From positions 1-12,794 of the forward strand of contig CANMWZ010000061.1 in the NCBI GenBank assembly GCA_947501605.1: a stretch of 12,794 bases of DNA, in the 5' to 3' direction. Source of the stretch: Planctomycetota bacterium. Its GTDB lineage: Bacteria > Planctomycetota > UBA1135 > UBA2386. The notes under the pieces were generated by a model, which ran no database searches, was not told where the DNA came from, and worked only from the letters and a program-made list of their open reading frames with translations. Position 1 is the first letter of the stretch. The number at the start of each line of letters is the position of its first letter. Made by a program: the position numbers and the translations under genes. Of this stretch, positions 7,099-12,794 are shown in pieces.

Positions 7099-8562
7099 TC
7101 ACTTGCGCACGAGGCGGAACGCGGCAAAGGCGCTGTTTGCTGCCGCTGGCTCCATTGCGTAGAGCTGCGGCAGACGCTCTGCGGCCTGCGCAATCGCCGG
7201 ATCCCTCGCTGCCTGCATGGCCGCGAGGGCGCGCTGGGTCACGACGTACTGCGCGCCACGCTGCACCGCCCGGTCGTACTCCATCGCAAACCACAGCAGC
7301 ACGATCTCGGGCGTGACGACGCTGGCGTCGCGCGCTCGCGCCGCAGCCACCGTGACGACGACCTCGCCGAGCAGGGTGCAGCGGATCTGTGGATGGCGCC
7401 GCACGACCTCGGCCCATTCTTGCGTGCTCTCGGCAAACAGGTCGATGGGGCCGCGCGCGAGTGCCGCAGCGACGCCGTGCTCGGTGCCCTCGGGATCGGT
7501 TGGCCAATCGTGCGCGCGGATCTGCCAGAAGCCGCTGATCGCACTGGCCGCGACGGCAATCCAGAGCAATCGAACTGGCAGCGCTTTCACCGTCAGCAGC
7601 GCCATCGGCACCGCGAGTGCGAGCAAGAACGAGCCGCGTTCGACGATGTTGCCCTGCGTCAGGAAGTCGCTCGCATACCGCTGGTAGCCGAGGATCTTGG
7701 TCGAGACGAAGATGTAGCCACACAGGCACGCGGTGAAGGCGATGCCGGCGCCGAGGTCGCGGCGCGTGCGCAGCACCAGCAGCGCCAGCACGCCGATCGG
7801 CGCGTAGGCAAAGATCCACTCGTGCAGGGCGATGTGCGGCACGAAGTCGAGCGGGAACGCATGGCCAACCGTGTTGGTCGCCATGTCGCCCTGTTCTTCG
7901 ATACCAAAGGCAATCGCGATGGCCGTTGCGAGTGCGAGATGCACCGCGAGCACGACTGCCGCGTGCAACGACGATCGCAGCAGCGGCCGACGCGGCCAAT
8001 CCCACAGAGCGCAGAAGCCGCACAGCGTGAGCGCCAGCAAGTGACCCGAGGCGTGGAAGCCGGCAGCGATCGCGGTGGCCACTCCGGTCATCGCCGCGGC
8101 ACGGGCACCGCCGCCGGTGACGAGTCGTGCGAACGGCAACCAACTGGCACAGGCGCAGGCGAACAGTACGGCGTCCACTTCGACGACGCTGGCCGTGTAC
8201 ATCACCGCCGGCAACGCCGCGACCGCGATGCCGCAAACCGAGGCCCGCGTCCGGTCGAAGCCGAGACGCAGCGCCGCGAGCTGCACGCAGAAGACGCCCG
8301 CAGCTGCGGCGAGCGACGACAGCGCGCGGAGCGCTTCGTAGTCGCGCACGCCGACGACAGCGAGGACCTTGGCGAACGCGTAGGCGACCGGCAGATAGAA
8401 GGCGAAGCGCGGGTGGTGGAGTTCGCCCTGGTCGACGTCGCGCAGGTAGTAGAACGCGTCGAACCCGTGCATCAGGTTCTGGCCGAGCGCGAGGTAGACG
8501 AGCAACGCCGCCAACGCGACTGCGGCCGCCCGCGCGACGAAGGCGCGATCGGGCGAGGCCAT
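7099..8562 (-). CDS. polytopic membrane protein, GT-C-superfamily-like (ArnT/PMT/DUF2723-like), about 487 aa
   Basis: About 10-11 hydrophobic segments. The first loop has D-x-x-Y and HP..Y (GFDAFYY...HHPRFAFY), followed by an EVD acidic loop, GFH and a soluble C-terminal domain. An alternative start at 8646 overlaps the ABC-F stop (ATGA). The 9258 start in the ORF track is an off-frame overlap with ABC-F. Confidence 0.65.
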   Translation of the reverse strand: MASPDRAFVARAAAVALAALLVYLALGQNLMHGFDAFYYLRDVDQGELHHPRFAFYLPVAYAFAKVLAVVGVRDYEALRALSSLAAAAGVFCVQLAALRLGFDRTRASVCGIAVAALPAVMYTASVVEVDAVLFACACASWLPFARLVTGGGARAAAMTGVATAIAAGFHASGHLLALTLCGFCALWDWPRRPLLRSSLHAAVVLAVHLALATAIAIAFGIEEQGDMATNTVGHAFPLDFVPHIALHEWIFAYAPIGVLALLVLRTRRDLGAGIAFTACLCGYIFVSTKILGYQRYASDFLTQGNIVERGSFLLALAVPMALLTVKALPVRLLWIAVAASAISGFWQIRAHDWPTDPEGTEHGVAAALARGPIDLFAESTQEWAEVVRRHPQIRCTLLGEVVVTVAAARARDASVVTPEIVLLWFAMEYDRAVQRGAQYVVTQRALAAMQAARDPAIAQAAERLPQLYAMEPAAANSAFAAFRLVRK

Positions 8563-8642
8563 GAGTCCTTCGGGCGACGAGCTCGACCGGGTGGCCGAGG
8601 CGCCGCGCCGTTGCCGCGGTGACGGCAGCGGGTTCCCTGCCG

Positions 8643-10541
<1,899 letters not shown>

Positions 10542-10744
10542 CGGGCCGGGACAGGATCGGGGCAGCAGGGCTCGGTCACAAGGGCGCGGAACTCGAGCTC
10601 AATGGCTGCAAGCGGGCGTTTGTGCTGGCGACTCGAGGCGGCGGCAGCGAAATGGCAGCAAGACCAGATGCCGCGGTTTGGGGAGCGGCTTCGCCAGGGC
10701 CGCGAGCCACGCAGTGCTGCGGTCGCAATTGCGTCCCCCCGCGG

Positions 10745-12082
10745 CTACTTGACGACGTAGTCGATCGCTTTCGTCTCGTCGCCGATCTGCATCTCGACGA
10801 CCAGCATCGCGGTTGGCCGCCGCTTGCGCACGCCCTCCTTCTTCTCGCTGCGATCGAGGAACCAGAGATTGGCGTCGATGGCAGCCAGCAGGCTCTTGCC
10901 GTCGTTGATGGGCACGCCGTTGACGGCAGTGATGACCGCGCCTTCGGGCACACAGAGAGGCAGCAGCGCTTCGGGCACGCGGTCGACACGGAAGCCGCGC
11001 CACGGAATGCCGCTCGAGTTCTTGCCGTGCGCCGCGGCGCCGATCGCCTCGCCGGTCAGTGCCTGCTCGCCGGCCTTGACGAGCGCATCGCGCTCCTCGC
11101 CGGGCATCAGTAGCACGCGCCCTTCGGCCAAGCGTCGAACCGGCGGAAACATCGACTTGCCCGCGACCTCGGCGAACTGCTCCACGGCATCGACATCGGC
11201 GAGCGTCGGCACCGGCAACTTCTGCTCCTTGTCGGCGATCGCGGCGAACAGGCCGAGTGCTTCGCGGCGCACCGAGTCGGTGCCGAGCCGCAGCAGTTGG
11301 CGAATGCGCGGCAGCGCTGGCTCCAGCCACAACAGCGCCAGGTCGCGCCGCACACCAAAGCACTCCTTCAAGAACCACAAGCCCTGGGCCTGGTCCATGG
11401 AGTCGTCGAGGTCGAGCAGTTGGAAGAACGGCACCAGATTGATCCCGTGCATCAGGTCGTCGCCGCGCGGTTCGCGCGTGATGCCGCTGGCCTTCGCGGC
11501 GGGGCTGCCGACCTTCGGCATGTTGGCCACGATGGTGTCCTGCTGCTCCTTCGGTAGATCTCCGAAGCGACGGCCGATGTTGGCCTGCAAGAACGCGATC
11601 GCGCGCGGATACGCGAGTTCGCGCGTGCGGCGGACCGGCTCGCCGGGCACGTGCCCGATCAGGTTGAAGACGTAGTCGACGTTGGCGCAATAGAACGCGC
11701 CGTAGAAGGCGAGCGCGCGCTCGTCGGGATTGCGGTTGCTGCGCATCTGCACGGCGAGGACGCCGGCATCGAGGCCGAGGCGCTCGGCTTCTGCATACGC
11801 CTTCTGCCAGTCGTCGTTGTCGATGCTCTCGCGGCCGTCAGCGTCCAAGGTGCGGATCGCTGCGGGATCGTCGGCGATCTGGCGCATGATGCGGAGTTGG
11901 GCGAACAGGGCGTCCGGCGGCGCGGCAATCTCGGCCGGGTCGCGAAAGGGCGACAACACGTCGCGCGTTGGGTAACCGGAGTTGACCCTGGCCTCTTGGG
12001 CCAGACTCGCTGCGGCGAACGTGCACAGCGCTGCGGCGAACGACAGGGCTCTGCGGGACCTTCTGGCGGCGGCACTGTTCAT
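10745..12082 (-). CDS. secreted hypothetical protein with helical (HEAT-like) repeats and a C-terminal PDZ-like domain, 445 aa
   Basis: Signal peptide (RRSRRALSFAAALCTFAAASLA|QE), HEAT-like motifs (NPDERALAFY, EPVRRTRELA, TDSVRREALGLFAAIA) and a PDZ-like GFRVDRV...EGAVITAVNGVPINDGKSL segment. Confidence 0.7.
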   Translation of the reverse strand: MNSAAARRSRRALSFAAALCTFAAASLAQEARVNSGYPTRDVLSPFRDPAEIAAPPDALFAQLRIMRQIADDPAAIRTLDADGRESIDNDDWQKAYAEAERLGLDAGVLAVQMRSNRNPDERALAFYGAFYCANVDYVFNLIGHVPGEPVRRTRELAYPRAIAFLQANIGRRFGDLPKEQQDTIVANMPKVGSPAAKASGITREPRGDDLMHGINLVPFFQLLDLDDSMDQAQGLWFLKECFGVRRDLALLWLEPALPRIRQLLRLGTDSVRREALGLFAAIADKEQKLPVPTLADVDAVEQFAEVAGKSMFPPVRRLAEGRVLLMPGEERDALVKAGEQALTGEAIGAAAHGKNSSGIPWRGFRVDRVPEALLPLCVPEGAVITAVNGVPINDGKSLLAAIDANLWFLDRSEKKEGVRKRRPTAMLVVEMQIGDETKAIDYVVK

Positions 12083-12134
12083 GGCAAAGACTGCGGGCGA
12101 CTGCTAGTCGAGTGGAGGACTGGTCGTAACGGGC

Positions 12135-12749
12135 TCAGGGCAAGAACCAGACGACGGCAACCTGGCCGAGACCGATCAGCGCGCCGAGAACTCCGCCCCA
12201 CCACGTGATGGCGCGCAGCTCTCTGCTAGCGACGTCGAGGATCAACTGCTCGAGCTTTTGCACCTGGAACGCGGCGACCTTCTGCTCGACCAGCTTCTGC
12301 ACGTCGAGCCCCTTCACCAGGCCCTTTTCGATCTCGTCGAGGATCGTCTGCTTGTGCCCGAGGATGCTCTTCTGGATCGACTGCTTGATGTCGCCGACGC
12401 GCTCTTCGGTCAAGAAGCCACCGATCAGCGGTAGCGTCCTCAGCTCTTGGATCTTGGGGGCGAGGCCACGGTCGAGCACGCCGCCGAGCAGCTTGTCGAA
12501 GTCGAGCTTCTCGAAGCTCTTGACGATGTCCTTGTGCTCGACGAGGTGCGAGCCGACGACCTTGCCGATCGACTTGGCGAGCTCCTTCTGCCGCCGCGGC
12601 ACGAGGCCCTGGAACGGGATGAAGAAGAACCGGCGTCGCGTAAGCGGCCGGAAGATCATCTTCACCGCGATGTAGTTGGTCAGGAGCCCGATGACGCCGC
12701 CGATCAGCGGCAGCAGGATCCAGGTCCAGAGGGATGGGGTGTCGGGCAT
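12135..12749 (-). CDS. DUF445 (YheB-like) family membrane protein, 204 aa
   Basis: PLIGGVIGLLTNYIAVKMIFRP, QGLVPRRQKELAKSIG and a C-terminal LE.LILDVASRELRAITWWGGVLGALIG match the DUF445 pattern with N- and C-terminal TM helices. Confidence 0.9.
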   Translation of the reverse strand: MPDTPSLWTWILLPLIGGVIGLLTNYIAVKMIFRPLTRRRFFFIPFQGLVPRRQKELAKSIGKVVGSHLVEHKDIVKSFEKLDFDKLLGGVLDRGLAPKIQELRTLPLIGGFLTEERVGDIKQSIQKSILGHKQTILDEIEKGLVKGLDVQKLVEQKVAAFQVQKLEQLILDVASRELRAITWWGGVLGALIGLGQVAVVWFLP

Positions 12750-12794
12750 CGGGGGCGAGGAGTATGGAGCGGGCGGGTGGGCTGGGCAAATGCG

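Overview
GC-rich bacterial chromosomal window. A Planctomycetota-like origin is inferred only from gene content and is not proven. Most genes are on the minus strand: a DUF445-like protein, a secreted helical-repeat/PDZ-like hypothetical protein, an ABC-F ATPase, a GT-C-like membrane protein, a GT2 glycosyltransferase, argS and a 791-aa membrane-anchored protein with carboxypeptidase-regulatory-like beta-sandwich repeats. One plus-strand Zn-ribbon/SAM methyltransferase is divergent from GT2. The main oddity is that the last ~70 codons of argS plus 12 bp past the stop occur twice, 2701 bp apart (265-487 and 2966-3188). The copies have 8 mismatches in 223 bp, and 5 of the 6 coding differences are synonymous. 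They bracket exactly one cargo gene and no integrase. This looks like a single-gene cassette that integrated into, and regenerated, the 3' end of an essential aminoacyl-tRNA synthetase gene. A dense hairpin cluster follows the displaced argS tail.
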